A DNA stretch of 63,890 bases, the filler included, from an uncultured Methanosarcinales archaeon (lineage in GTDB: Archaea > Nanobdellota > Nanobdellia > Woesearchaeales > CAYSVS01): NCBI GenBank assembly GCA_964434475.1. It is 7 parts of 7 records of this genome, joined end to end, with 100 filler letters (N's around TTAATTAATTAA, not from the genome) between each part and the next. Parts side by side here need not be neighbours in the genome. Positions count along the whole stretch, not along the records: positions 49,708 to 58,614 come from CAYSVS010000052.1; positions 58,715 to 63,890 come from CAYSVS010000074.1; 5 more parts are not named here. One strand, given 5' to 3'. The position numbers and the translations under genes are program-made. The notes below the pieces were generated by a model, which was given only the letters and a program-made list of their open reading frames with translations, was not told the origin of the DNA and did no database searches. This document shows, piece after piece, positions 54,677 to 63,890 of this stretch (position 1 is its first letter; the number at the start of each line of letters is the position of its first letter).

Positions 54677-56937
54677 TTTTCAGATAATTTGTGTTTTGGT
54701 TTTTTCTTCTTGTTAAAATCCTCTTTAAGAGGACCGTCACCTAATTTTTCTACATATCGACATTTAGGATATTTACTGCAACCATAGAATTTGCCGTATA
54801 TACTTTGCCTTAGCACAAGATGACCTTCTTTGCATTTAGGGCATTCTTTTTCAACTTTTCCAGACATTATCTCTTTTGCCTCTTTTGCCAATGCTTTATC
54901 CTGTATCTTTTTTCCAGAACAGTTAGGATTCAAACAAAAGTTTTGCGTCCTTCTTCCTCTTATTACCTTTAATATAGGGTAGCCGCAATGTTCACATATC
55001 TTATCTGTACCTTTGAATTTTCCTGTATTTGGCAAAGAAAATGTTGTTTTACAATCAGGATATTTATCACATGCGACAAAATTGCCGAACTTGCCTTTTC
55101 TTATATGCAGTTCTCCTTCTTTACACTTAGGACATTTTCCTACATAGGATTCTTTTTGCCATGTCTTGTATTCTGCCTGTTTTAGTTCATTTCCTATCTG
55201 TTTCTGATTTTTCTTAAAATCTTCGACAATGTCCCTTACTGCTTTTATTGCAGTATCAAGCACTTTATCTGGCTCAGTCTTATTATTCCTAATATCTTCC
55301 ATCTTCTCTTCAAATGACTTGGTCAAAGCTTCATCAACTATCTTAGGAGAATATTTTTCTAAAGTATTTTCAGTCTGTATGCCTAATTCAGTTGCATTTA
55401 TTGGCTTTCCACTAACATACCCTCTTTTGAATAATGTATCGACTATAGTAGCTCTGGTAGCTTTTGTTCCTAGGTTTCTTTTTTCAAGCTCTTTTATTAT
55501 GCTTGATTCAGTATAGCGCTTTGGAGGAGAAGTCTCTTTCTGATGCAATGTTATCTTCTTTATATCTATTATATCTCCTTTTGCCATACTAGGAAGTTCT
55601 TCCTCCTTCAATCTCACATATTTACCATATAGTTCATGCCATCCTTTTACTTTTGTCCTTGTTCCTTTTGAAACAAAAGGCTCTTTATTACAATCAATAT
55701 GAACAGCCATAGTCTCTCTTACTGCAATGTCTCCAAAAGTTGCCATAAATCTTCTTACTATAAGATCATATAGTTTCTCCTCTCTTGGTTTGCCAAACTT
55801 AGGCGCTATCCCAGTAGGATATATAGCAGGATGAGCAGGATCTGTCTTTTTTCCATTATTAGGGTTTAATTCTTTTTTAGCTAGAAGGAATCTAGCTTCT
55901 TTAGTGTATTTTGTTAATTTGCTCAATGATTTCAATATCTTTGTATATCCTATACTTTTAGGCAACTGTTGTGATGATGTTCTTGGATATGAAATGTATC
56001 CTCCAGTATACAACTCTTGTGCCAGTGCTAAAGTTTCTTTAGGACTTATACCTAAACATTTATGAGCCTCTATCTGCATACTTGTCAGATCAAAAGGAAA
56101 TGGAGGCTGTTGTTTTGTCTCTGATGTCTTGATATCTATAACAACAGCTTTTTTCTCGTTTTTTACATTTTTATAAGATGTATCTGCTTTTTCTTTTTCC
56201 CAAAATTTATCTGTTTTGTGCCAAGCTATCACTGCAGATGTCTTTATATTGCCCACTATCTCTATCTGCCAATAAGGTTTTGGGTTAAAAGCCTGTATAA
56301 CTTTTTCTTTATCAACCACTAATTTCAAAGCAGGACCCTGCACCCTTCCTGTAGACATTATCTTGAACATACCTGTGCTTCGTATAGCATTTGTCAATGC
56401 TCTTGAAGTGTTGATGCCATAAAACCAGTCGAGTTTATGTCTTGTCTCTCCTGCTTTTGCCTGACCCCAATCAAGATGAGTTGATTTATTTTCATAAGCT
56501 TTTATCAGATCCGGCTTGGTCAATGTTGAAAACTTCATTCTGTTTGCATCTTTTTTTTTGCACACATATCTTACAACATTAAGACCTATGACTTCTCCTT
56601 CAATGTCATAATCAGTCGCAACAGTAAATTCTTTTGCTTCCTTACACAATTTCTTCAATGCATTCAAATATTTTTTAGAAAAAGCGCTTGTTTTGCTTAC
56701 CTCAAAAGTAGGGCGCCATTCAATATCAAAAACAGGAAGCCGCCATTTTACTGATTCCTTTTGCTTTAATCCATAAAGATGACCAACTGCACATCCTACA
56801 ATAATATCTTTGTTTCCATGGGTTACTTTGTAATAAGGTACGCCCTTTATATTTTCTTTTATAGGTTTTCCATCAGCTAATGCTGCTGCTACTTTTTGAG
56901 CTGCTTTTGGCTTTTCACAAATGATTAATTCTACCAT
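54673..56937 (-). CDS. topA: DNA topoisomerase I (type IA)
   Basis: IICEKP, ATDYDIEGE, STGRVQGP, ISYPRT, AHPAIYPT, LGTKATR, three C4 zinc ribbons. Confidence 0.97.
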   Translation of the reverse strand: MVELIICEKPKAAQKVAAALADGKPIKENIKGVPYYKVTHGNKDIIVGCAVGHLYGLKQKESVKWRLPVFDIEWRPTFEVSKTSAFSKKYLNALKKLCKEAKEFTVATDYDIEGEVIGLNVVRYVCKKKDANRMKFSTLTKPDLIKAYENKSTHLDWGQAKAGETRHKLDWFYGINTSRALTNAIRSTGMFKIMSTGRVQGPALKLVVDKEKVIQAFNPKPYWQIEIVGNIKTSAVIAWHKTDKFWEKEKADTSYKNVKNEKKAVVIDIKTSETKQQPPFPFDLTSMQIEAHKCLGISPKETLALAQELYTGGYISYPRTSSQQLPKSIGYTKILKSLSKLTKYTKEARFLLAKKELNPNNGKKTDPAHPAIYPTGIAPKFGKPREEKLYDLIVRRFMATFGDIAVRETMAVHIDCNKEPFVSKGTRTKVKGWHELYGKYVRLKEEELPSMAKGDIIDIKKITLHQKETSPPKRYTESSIIKELEKRNLGTKATRATIVDTLFKRGYVSGKPINATELGIQTENTLEKYSPKIVDEALTKSFEEKMEDIRNNKTEPDKVLDTAIKAVRDIVEDFKKNQKQIGNELKQAEYKTWQKESYVGKCPKCKEGELHIRKGKFGNFVACDKYPDCKTTFSLPNTGKFKGTDKICEHCGYPILKVIRGRRTQNFCLNPNCSGKKIQDKALAKEAKEIMSGKVEKECPKCKEGHLVLRQSIYGKFYGCSKYPKCRYVEKLGDGPLKEDFNKKKKPKHKLSEK

Positions 56938-57055
56938 CTCTTTCTTTGATTTTGAATATTATTTAAAAACTTTTGGTTTTATGGGTTTTTTTGTGAATTT
57001 TCAATACATATTCCACATAACGAAAATAATTAAAAAGAAAAGGTTTATCAAAAGT

Positions 57056-58108
57056 ATGATGATAAATAATATAATAACAGATATACTGAAAAACATAGAA
57101 GAAAAAGAAGCAGAATACGAAAAAGATAAACCGCGGTTTACAAACAAAAATTATGTTGTTAAAGATATTTCTAAAGAAAATTTCAAGAAAATAGAACAAA
57201 AAGAAAACAAGAGAAAGATAGCTTTTATTGACGGCGGAAATGCAGAAATATTAAAAGCTGCAAATTTCTCGCTACATTTTATAAGGATTGCAGCCTGTGT
57301 ATTCTATAGCAATAAAAAAATAAAAAAAATAGAGAATGAATTCTATTGCTTTGCTTATTCAAAAATTAAAGATAAGGAGATATACTACAACACTAAAATA
57401 TTTCAGGTAAAAGGCAGCAAAATAATAGACGAAATAAGTTTCAATTCAATGGATAATACAATAAAGCAAGGAATATTTAGAGCAAACATATCTATAGTTC
57501 CGCAGATAATAAGAAGGTTTGCAGAGCATAAGGTTTGTGTTGAAGTTATGGAGGGATTGGAAAGAGGAGACATAATAATCAAGGACGGAACACTAGAAGC
57601 GTGCTATACTGACGAATCAAAAATAATGGATAATATTTATTCTATCGCAAAAGAAAAAGGGATAATAATTTCTGGATTAGCCAAGACATCTACAATATTT
57701 ACTGAAAAAGGAAACAACCTATTAGGGTTATTGAACAATATTACACAAGAAGATGATCAAAATAGTTGGTATTATAAAATTGCTGAAGTTAATTATCCTA
57801 AGCATAGAGCAAACATATTTGCGGTTAAACTGGATAAAGACTCGGATTTTGTGTTCAGGTTTGAAATACATAATATAATAGATTTTGACATCAATAATAT
57901 ATTATCAAACATTTCGGACAATGCAAAAGATCCTGCATTCATAGGTTATCCTTACGGATTGGTTGCTGTAGACAAGCTTGCAAGAGTAAGCAATAATGAG
58001 ACAAATTACCTTAGAATCAAGTTTGAGAGAAAATTCAGCAATAACTGGAAAAAAATTCAAAAATATCAAAATTCAATTTCTGCACATTCTGTATTAGATT
58101 CTATGTAA
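57056..58108 (+). CDS. nurA: NurA family nuclease
   Basis: AFIDGG, RRFAE, DGTL, GLAKTS, GYPYGL...D..ARVS. Confidence 0.85.
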   Translation: MMINNIITDILKNIEEKEAEYEKDKPRFTNKNYVVKDISKENFKKIEQKENKRKIAFIDGGNAEILKAANFSLHFIRIAACVFYSNKKIKKIENEFYCFAYSKIKDKEIYYNTKIFQVKGSKIIDEISFNSMDNTIKQGIFRANISIVPQIIRRFAEHKVCVEVMEGLERGDIIIKDGTLEACYTDESKIMDNIYSIAKEKGIIISGLAKTSTIFTEKGNNLLGLLNNITQEDDQNSWYYKIAEVNYPKHRANIFAVKLDKDSDFVFRFEIHNIIDFDINNILSNISDNAKDPAFIGYPYGLVAVDKLARVSNNETNYLRIKFERKFSNNWKKIQKYQNSISAHSVLDSM

Positions 58109-58186
58109 AACGTCGTCCCACTCAAAAATAGTAACGAAAGTTTATAAAATAAGTTTACAAAAGCATCTGTATTAATACCAAGGAGG

Positions 58187-58528
58187 TTGATGCTGATGGA
58201 CAAAAAAATAGGTCATTATGCATTTCTGGCAGGTATTTTGCTAGCTTTATTAGCTGGTATGATCAAAGATTTCTTGCCAGTAGAAACAACAACTTTAATC
58301 TTAGTAATCTTAGGTTTGGTTGTCGGTTTCTTAAATGTTACAGCAAAAGAAACAATCGAATTCTTGGTTGCTGCAGTAGCATTGATGATTGCAGGATCTG
58401 CTAATTTAACAGCAATTCCTGGTCTAGGTGCTCATCTACAAGCAATCTTGAGCTACATCGTTGTTTTTGTTGCACCTGCGGCAATCGTTGTATCATTTAA
58501 AGCAATCTATGCTTTAGCTGAAAGATAA
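58187..58528 (+). CDS. conserved 4-TM archaeal membrane protein
   Basis: G..AFL.G, LGLVVGFLNVT.KE...FLVA, FVAPAA. Confidence 0.8.
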   Translation: MMLMDKKIGHYAFLAGILLALLAGMIKDFLPVETTTLILVILGLVVGFLNVTAKETIEFLVAAVALMIAGSANLTAIPGLGAHLQAILSYIVVFVAPAAIVVSFKAIYALAER

Positions 58529-58714
58529 GGTTTTTCTTATCTTTTATTTTTTTTTATTTTTTAATTGGTTCTGAAATAAAAATATCATGAATAATATTAT
58601 TGAGTATAATCTATNNNNNNNNNNNNNNNNNNNNNNNNNNNNNNNNNNNNNNNNNNNNTTAATTAATTAANNNNNNNNNNNNNNNNNNNNNNNNNNNNNN
58701 NNNNNNNNNNNNNN

Positions 58715-59097
58715 TATTGTTCTTATGCACTGAAAATTCAGCAAGAAGCCAGATAGCAGAAGGTTTTTTTAATTTTTTGAATAAAAATCCAAAATATAAA
58801 GCTGCAAGTGCAGGTACAAATCCTTCAAAAGATATTAAGCATCCTGCAGTTAAAGTGATGAAAGAAAAAGACATTGATATATCTAAACAAAAGCCCAAAA
58901 TGATAGATATGAAAACATCACAAGAAGCATACAAAATATTTACAATGGGATGCATTAAAGGCTGCCCTATAACTTCTAAAGAAAAAACAAAGGAATGGAA
59001 TTTGGATGATCCTGCAGGAAAATCAATTGATTTTTACAGGAAAGTAAGAGATGAAATAGAGAAAAAAATCAAACAGTTAATAATAAAATTAAAATGA
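58715..59097 (+). CDS. arsC: arsenate reductase ArsC (LMW-PTP fold), 5' end lost at the contig start
   Basis: LFLCTENSARSQIAEG, SAGT.P, TMGC...CP, W.L.DP. Confidence 0.9.
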
Positions 59098-59110
59098 GGT
59101 TTTTATTAAA

Positions 59111-59821
59111 ATGGGATTGATGGCATTTATGGAAGCGATGGGGACAAGTGAGATAGGAATAATCGCTGCATTTTTTATAGGTTTGATGACTGCGATAAGC
59201 CCTTGTCCGATGGCAACAAACATAACAGCAATAGCATACGCAAGCAAGAAGATAGATAATAGTAAACATACTATTATGGTTGGATTTTTCTATACGCTTG
59301 GAAGAATGCTGACTTATGTTTTGATTGCTTCAGCAATAGTCTGGTTTGGATTAAATACCCAAAGCATCGCTTTAACACTTCAAAAATACGGAGATAAAAT
59401 ACTGGGTCCTTTATTATTAATTGTGGGAATAATCATGCTTGATGTCATTAAGATAAATTTCTTCAAATCAAGCGACAAATTAAACAAACTTAAAGAAAAA
59501 CTTGCAGGAAAAGGATTTTTAGGAAGTTTTCTATTAGGAGTTATATTTGCATTAGCATTCTGCCCATTTAGTGCAGTATTATTTTTTGGGATGTTAATAC
59601 CAATAGCTCTTAAAGCAGGAGATGGAATAATAATACCTTCAGTTTTTGCTTTTGCAACAGGACTTCCAGTGATAATATTCTCATTCATACTTGTTTACAG
59701 CGTTTCAAAACTTGGAAAGATTATGAACAAGATAGGAACTTTTGAGAAATGGATGAGAAAGATAGTTGCAATAATATTCATACTAGCAGGATTATATTAT
59801 ATAGGGATTATGGTGATTTAA
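59111..59821 (+). CDS. ArsG/CcdA-like (DsbD_2) membrane protein
   Basis: AISPCPMATNI, LAFCP.S, FA.ATGLPV. Confidence 0.85.
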   Translation: MGLMAFMEAMGTSEIGIIAAFFIGLMTAISPCPMATNITAIAYASKKIDNSKHTIMVGFFYTLGRMLTYVLIASAIVWFGLNTQSIALTLQKYGDKILGPLLLIVGIIMLDVIKINFFKSSDKLNKLKEKLAGKGFLGSFLLGVIFALAFCPFSAVLFFGMLIPIALKAGDGIIIPSVFAFATGLPVIIFSFILVYSVSKLGKIMNKIGTFEKWMRKIVAIIFILAGLYYIGIMVI

Positions 59822-59823
59822 AG

Positions 59824-60939
59824 ATGGAAAAGAAAGATTGGAATATGATGTTATGGATTGGAATAATATTTGCTATACTTTACTTTGTGCCTTCACAGGC
59901 AAAATGGTTCCAGACTTCAATACTCTCTGCTTTTGACCTGCTTCACGATTATGCAAGAAAGCATGTTTTGACTTGTTTAATACCAGCCTTGTTTATCGCT
60001 GGTGCAATAGCTGTTTTTATCCAAAAAGAAAAAGTTATGAAATATTTAGGACATGAAGCAAAAAAACATGTTTCTTATGGCGTTGCTTCGATTTCAGGAG
60101 CTATTCTTGCTGTATGCTCCTGCACAATATTGCCGATTTTTGCAGGAATCAGAAAAAGAGGGGCAGGATTAGGGCCAGCAATAACTTTCCTGTTTTCAGG
60201 TCCAGCCATAAATATTGCCGCCATTTTCTTAACTATGAATGTTTTGGGAATCCAGATAGGGTTAGCCAGGATTATTTCTGCGGTTTCATTATCAATTTTG
60301 GTCGGTTTGACTATGGCATTTATCTTTAAAGAAAAAATTGACAAAGACAAATTGCTGATAAAAGAAACTGAAGAATCACAATTATCAAATAAAGTTATGT
60401 TTGCTTTTTTTGGTCTGATGATTGGTGTTTTAGTTGTAAACGGGTTGCAGATTGATAAAATGTTGAAATATTCTTTGATGGGCATTTTTACATTCGGAGT
60501 TATAGGGCTAGTTCTTTGGAAGTTTAGAGATCATACAGCTCAAATATGGCTGAATGAAACATGGAATTTTTCAAAGATGCTTCTTCCTTTGCTATTCATA
60601 GGGGTTTTTATTGCTGGATTTATTATGCCATTATTACCCCAAACACTTATTGAAAACTTGGTTGGACAAAATACAATCATAGGCAATGTTGTTGCTTCTA
60701 TATTTGGAGCTTTCATGTACTTCTCAACACTAACAGAAATTCCAATCTTGCAGGCATTGATTGCTAAAGGGATGCATTCTGGACCAGCGTTAGCTTTGCT
60801 TCTTGCAGGACCTAGTTTGAGTTTACCTAATATGTTAGTAGTAAGAGTTGTGCTTGGAACAAAGAAAACAACAGTATATGTTTTATTAGTGGTTGTTTAT
60901 TCAACAATAGCAGGATTGATATTTGGTTCGATAATTTAA
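59824..60939 (+). CDS. ArsP/DUF318 permease
   Basis: AVCSCTILP.F, GAGLGPA..FL.SGPAIN, MYFSTLTE.P, LLAGP.LSLP. Confidence 0.9.
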   Translation: MEKKDWNMMLWIGIIFAILYFVPSQAKWFQTSILSAFDLLHDYARKHVLTCLIPALFIAGAIAVFIQKEKVMKYLGHEAKKHVSYGVASISGAILAVCSCTILPIFAGIRKRGAGLGPAITFLFSGPAINIAAIFLTMNVLGIQIGLARIISAVSLSILVGLTMAFIFKEKIDKDKLLIKETEESQLSNKVMFAFFGLMIGVLVVNGLQIDKMLKYSLMGIFTFGVIGLVLWKFRDHTAQIWLNETWNFSKMLLPLLFIGVFIAGFIMPLLPQTLIENLVGQNTIIGNVVASIFGAFMYFSTLTEIPILQALIAKGMHSGPALALLLAGPSLSLPNMLVVRVVLGTKKTTVYVLLVVVYSTIAGLIFGSII

Positions 60940-60992
60940 TATTTTACAAAATAAAAGGCAAAACATCAAAAACATACTATTTTTGAGCATCC

Positions 60993-61295
60993 TTAATTCT
61001 TTCTATAATCCAGGAAGAAAGCCAATGCATGTATAAAGCTTAGTATTGTTCCTATAATTATCGCAATATATTCGATGAGAACTATATGCAAAAAAGGATA
61101 GATCAATAAAAAGATTATATTCATTGCTATACTCTTTTTCTTACTAATAAAACCTATAGAGATATTGGCAATAATCAGAACAGGCAGGATATAAAGTAAA
61201 AATACAGGTATTTTTACAAAAACACCTAATAAAAATACTGCAAATATTGTAATCCTTACACAGAGTTGAATTTGTTCTATTTTTTGTTTATCCAT
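60993..61295 (-). CDS. small membrane protein
   Basis: Hydrophobic ORF immediately downstream of 61301-63661. Confidence 0.6.
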   Translation of the reverse strand: MDKQKIEQIQLCVRITIFAVFLLGVFVKIPVFLLYILPVLIIANISIGFISKKKSIAMNIIFLLIYPFLHIVLIEYIAIIIGTILSFIHALAFFLDYRKN

Positions 61296-61300
61296 CTTTA

Positions 61301-63661
61301 TCATCCTTTAGATATCTTGAAGGTATAACTTCCTGAAGATGAACCAGTACCTACAAAAATTCCAAAATTAGCAACATCAGTATCATCTGTCCAGACAAAA
61401 CTGTCGCTCTCTTTTTCTCCTGCTCCACCTTTATTTCCAGAGCCTCCGGGACTCATAGAATCTGTTCCTTTATTAGGCAACATCAATATCACATCAATGC
61501 TGTTGTCTGGATTTGCTTCTACTGTATATGTATTACCATTAAATACTTTTATCTTATAGAAGTCCATCTTATCGCCGGCATCAACGTCCAAGCTTCCTGA
61601 ATAAGTTTTCCCTTCTTCAACCTTGACAGGTTCTAAATCTGGTCTTTCTTCAGTATAGCCTAGTTTTTCCATAAATTCTTGTCCTGGAGCGTCTCTTCCA
61701 GAACCCGCATCATCTCCTGATTCTTGAACATCTTGTTTTAAGGTTTCTTGTTCATTATCTTCTTCAGAATCTGTAACCGCTTGATCCTTATCTTTTTTTT
61801 CTGAATCAGGTTTTTCTTTTTGTTCAGCGGCATCCCATATGTTTTCTGAATCAGATTCCTGCATCAACCCAATCAGATCTTTTGTACTGAAAAACAACTT
61901 GAAAAGCGCATGCCTTGGTTGGATAGTAACGCCTTCTTTCCACATCTTGCTTAAAGCTCCAAGAGCACTAAATAATTTTCCAGGACCTTCATCTCCTTTT
62001 ACATTAACCCAATGAGGTCCATTAATCTGATCTCCTTCCATCTCATTTGTCATATAGTTAATAAAATCATAAAAAACATCATAGTCAATTTTAATAGAAA
62101 TATCTTCTTTTGAATTATCTCCTTCTACAGACAAAGAATCAGCCATCTTAACAGCAATATCAGGATTGACCCTTAAGTATTTTGAAATTGCAAAATCCTT
62201 GTCCTCCTGACTTAACTCTATCCTTACATCAAAACTTCCGCCATATTTGTCAGATAAACCATTTATGATCTGCATTTTTCCTGGATCAGATTTTATTTTA
62301 ATTATCTCTTTTGCAGAAGGACCAAAATTGTTTGTTTTTGAAATTTGATATTCTATTAACTCTTTCATAAGTTGTTTGTCAGGAACCCAGGAATATTTAA
62401 ATAAAGTAGTGTAGTGCTTGATCTGGTTTTCTTCTATCGGTGCAAACTTTTCCCATACTTCAACATTAACATTTTTTGAATCATAATTTATATTGATTTT
62501 TTCAAAACCTTCAGGCCATCCATCTTTTTCATAACAGTTTAAATTCATGGAAATTTCTTCCTCATTTTCAATTAATAACTGCAGTACAGCTTCAAATCCT
62601 CCTTCACCGTTTATTATCTTATCATAATCCTCTCCCGCCATAAATTCCTCAAAATACCATTCAGCAAATTCATTATCCAAATCTTCCTGCAAAACTTTTC
62701 TTACTTTAACCAATGAATTCATCCTTGCATTGCAGTTCCATTTTTCATGTTTATTTATCTGCTGGTATCTATCATAACCTTCTCCCCATGCACCAACAGA
62801 TATGCCTGATTTTTCCTTATCACAATGTCCTTGCATATTGATCTCTTTCTCAACATATTCATTGCATTCTTCGTTTTCATCACAAACCTGGCGGCAATTT
62901 CGTTTCTCTTCCCAGCATTCGCCGTCGTTATTGCAGACCTCTTCTGTATCACATTCTTCATGGCAACCTGATTTATCTGTCCAACAATCCTTTTTTATAT
63001 CCTGATCTAAAATCTTGACATACTTCTTTCCTTCGCCATAGTTTTCCTTGTCTTCTTTCATACCTAGATATTCCATAATTTCTATGCATTCATCTTGAGT
63101 CTTAATTTCTTCGCCCATTCTTTGTTTGATATCATTTAATTTGTTCTTTAGGTTTTCTTCTTTATTGCTATTGCCGCCTGATTTCACCAGTTTTACAAAT
63201 TCATCTTCAAAATCTTTTAACTGTTCGACAATATCTTCTTGAGAATCTGATTCAAGGGCTTCTATTCTATAATAAATTCCGTATAAGGTTTCAGCCTCTT
63301 TTTCTCTTTTTTCCCAATAATCAGAACTGTATTCTAAAGATCGGGTTGTAGCAAAAACAATCTTGAAATCTCCAGTCTCAAAAATTTTTTCATAATCTCT
63401 CCAATCTTTATCCGATTTATCAAAAACAGTGCTGATTTCACTTTTAGTAAATGCATCCTTATCTTTTGTATCTAATTCCTCATATATTTTATTTTGTATA
63501 TAATTAAGATGAACTATCAACTGGGGTGCTGTAACTTTTCCAGAATCGTACTGAGTAACATAATTATCAACTTCCTGCATATGAGAAGAAAGTGAAGCAG
63601 AAACTGAAGGAATAATTACAAAAATCAGTGTTATAAAAAATATATACTTTTTAAATCCCAT
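61301..63661 (-). CDS. large secreted acidic protein with a Cys-rich insert and a C-terminal PPC-like domain
   Basis: Signal peptide; CW....C.EEC...C....C; G.L...D..DFYK...G..Y.V....D..L...G.Y.F. Confidence 0.7.
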   Translation of the reverse strand: MGFKKYIFFITLIFVIIPSVSASLSSHMQEVDNYVTQYDSGKVTAPQLIVHLNYIQNKIYEELDTKDKDAFTKSEISTVFDKSDKDWRDYEKIFETGDFKIVFATTRSLEYSSDYWEKREKEAETLYGIYYRIEALESDSQEDIVEQLKDFEDEFVKLVKSGGNSNKEENLKNKLNDIKQRMGEEIKTQDECIEIMEYLGMKEDKENYGEGKKYVKILDQDIKKDCWTDKSGCHEECDTEEVCNNDGECWEEKRNCRQVCDENEECNEYVEKEINMQGHCDKEKSGISVGAWGEGYDRYQQINKHEKWNCNARMNSLVKVRKVLQEDLDNEFAEWYFEEFMAGEDYDKIINGEGGFEAVLQLLIENEEEISMNLNCYEKDGWPEGFEKININYDSKNVNVEVWEKFAPIEENQIKHYTTLFKYSWVPDKQLMKELIEYQISKTNNFGPSAKEIIKIKSDPGKMQIINGLSDKYGGSFDVRIELSQEDKDFAISKYLRVNPDIAVKMADSLSVEGDNSKEDISIKIDYDVFYDFINYMTNEMEGDQINGPHWVNVKGDEGPGKLFSALGALSKMWKEGVTIQPRHALFKLFFSTKDLIGLMQESDSENIWDAAEQKEKPDSEKKDKDQAVTDSEEDNEQETLKQDVQESGDDAGSGRDAPGQEFMEKLGYTEERPDLEPVKVEEGKTYSGSLDVDAGDKMDFYKIKVFNGNTYTVEANPDNSIDVILMLPNKGTDSMSPGGSGNKGGAGEKESDSFVWTDDTDVANFGIFVGTGSSSGSYTFKISKG

Positions 63662-63838
63662 ATAACTTAATTTTTATCTTTGCATTTATTTAAATGTTTC
63701 GAAGGGTTTGATGAAAATAAGCAAATATGATTCCTGAATATCAATTGCACCTTAGTAAATTCCTGGCAATTTTAATCTCAGGATTATTTTTAGCAGAGAT
63801 AATTTTAGAAACCATAGTTTTTTTATTTAATTATTTAA

Positions 63839-63890
63839 CTGGAGTTGTGCAGATTTAAACTCTAGCCTTGGCTAAACCTCTAAATATTGC
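63839..63890. mobile_element. IS-like element end, type A
   Basis: CTGGAGTTGTGCAGATTT...; reverse complement of 40373-40423. Confidence 0.8.

Noticed and set aside
10392..58714. Recurrent TTAATTAATTAA palindrome within N runs
   Set aside because: Artificial contig-joining linker with stops in all frames; gene adjacency across linkers is meaningless.

Overview
AT-rich archaeal sequence, most likely a DPANN/Woesearchaeota-type MAG. The assignment is inferred from the archaeal ProRS, Alba, rpS17e, class I CCA enzyme, AMP phosphorylase, a BHB-intron tRNA, a C/D-box sRNA and BRE/TATA promoters. The window is not contiguous. Seven contigs of about 5-10 kb are joined by 100-nt N-TTAATTAATTAA-N linkers (10392-10491, 20597-20696, 30786-30885, 40273-40372, 49608-49707, 58615-58714), and there is a scaffold gap at 23117-23216. 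Most contig ends carry ends of one of four IS-like elements. The content is housekeeping genes (proS, topA, cca, endonuclease IV, nurA, sppA, lemA), 4 tRNAs, a surface-protein cluster, a two-component operon and an ars cluster. The main result is a gene-cassette array at 40450-49607, with a decayed sister array at about 7000-8530. Its units are separated by a conserved attC-like hairpin ending in (A)GG..CCCGATG|TTANNNNAATT. In addition, each promoter+gene cargo is bracketed by its own cassette-specific 13-18 bp inverted repeat, running from just upstream of the BRE/TATA box to the stop codon. Cargo includes two MazEF-type TA pairs, HEPN-MNT, two methyltransferases, an AlbA/Trypco2/DUF262 operon and apparently a metal ABC permease. 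No recombinase gene is present in the window. Protein family calls come from recognised motifs, not database searches.
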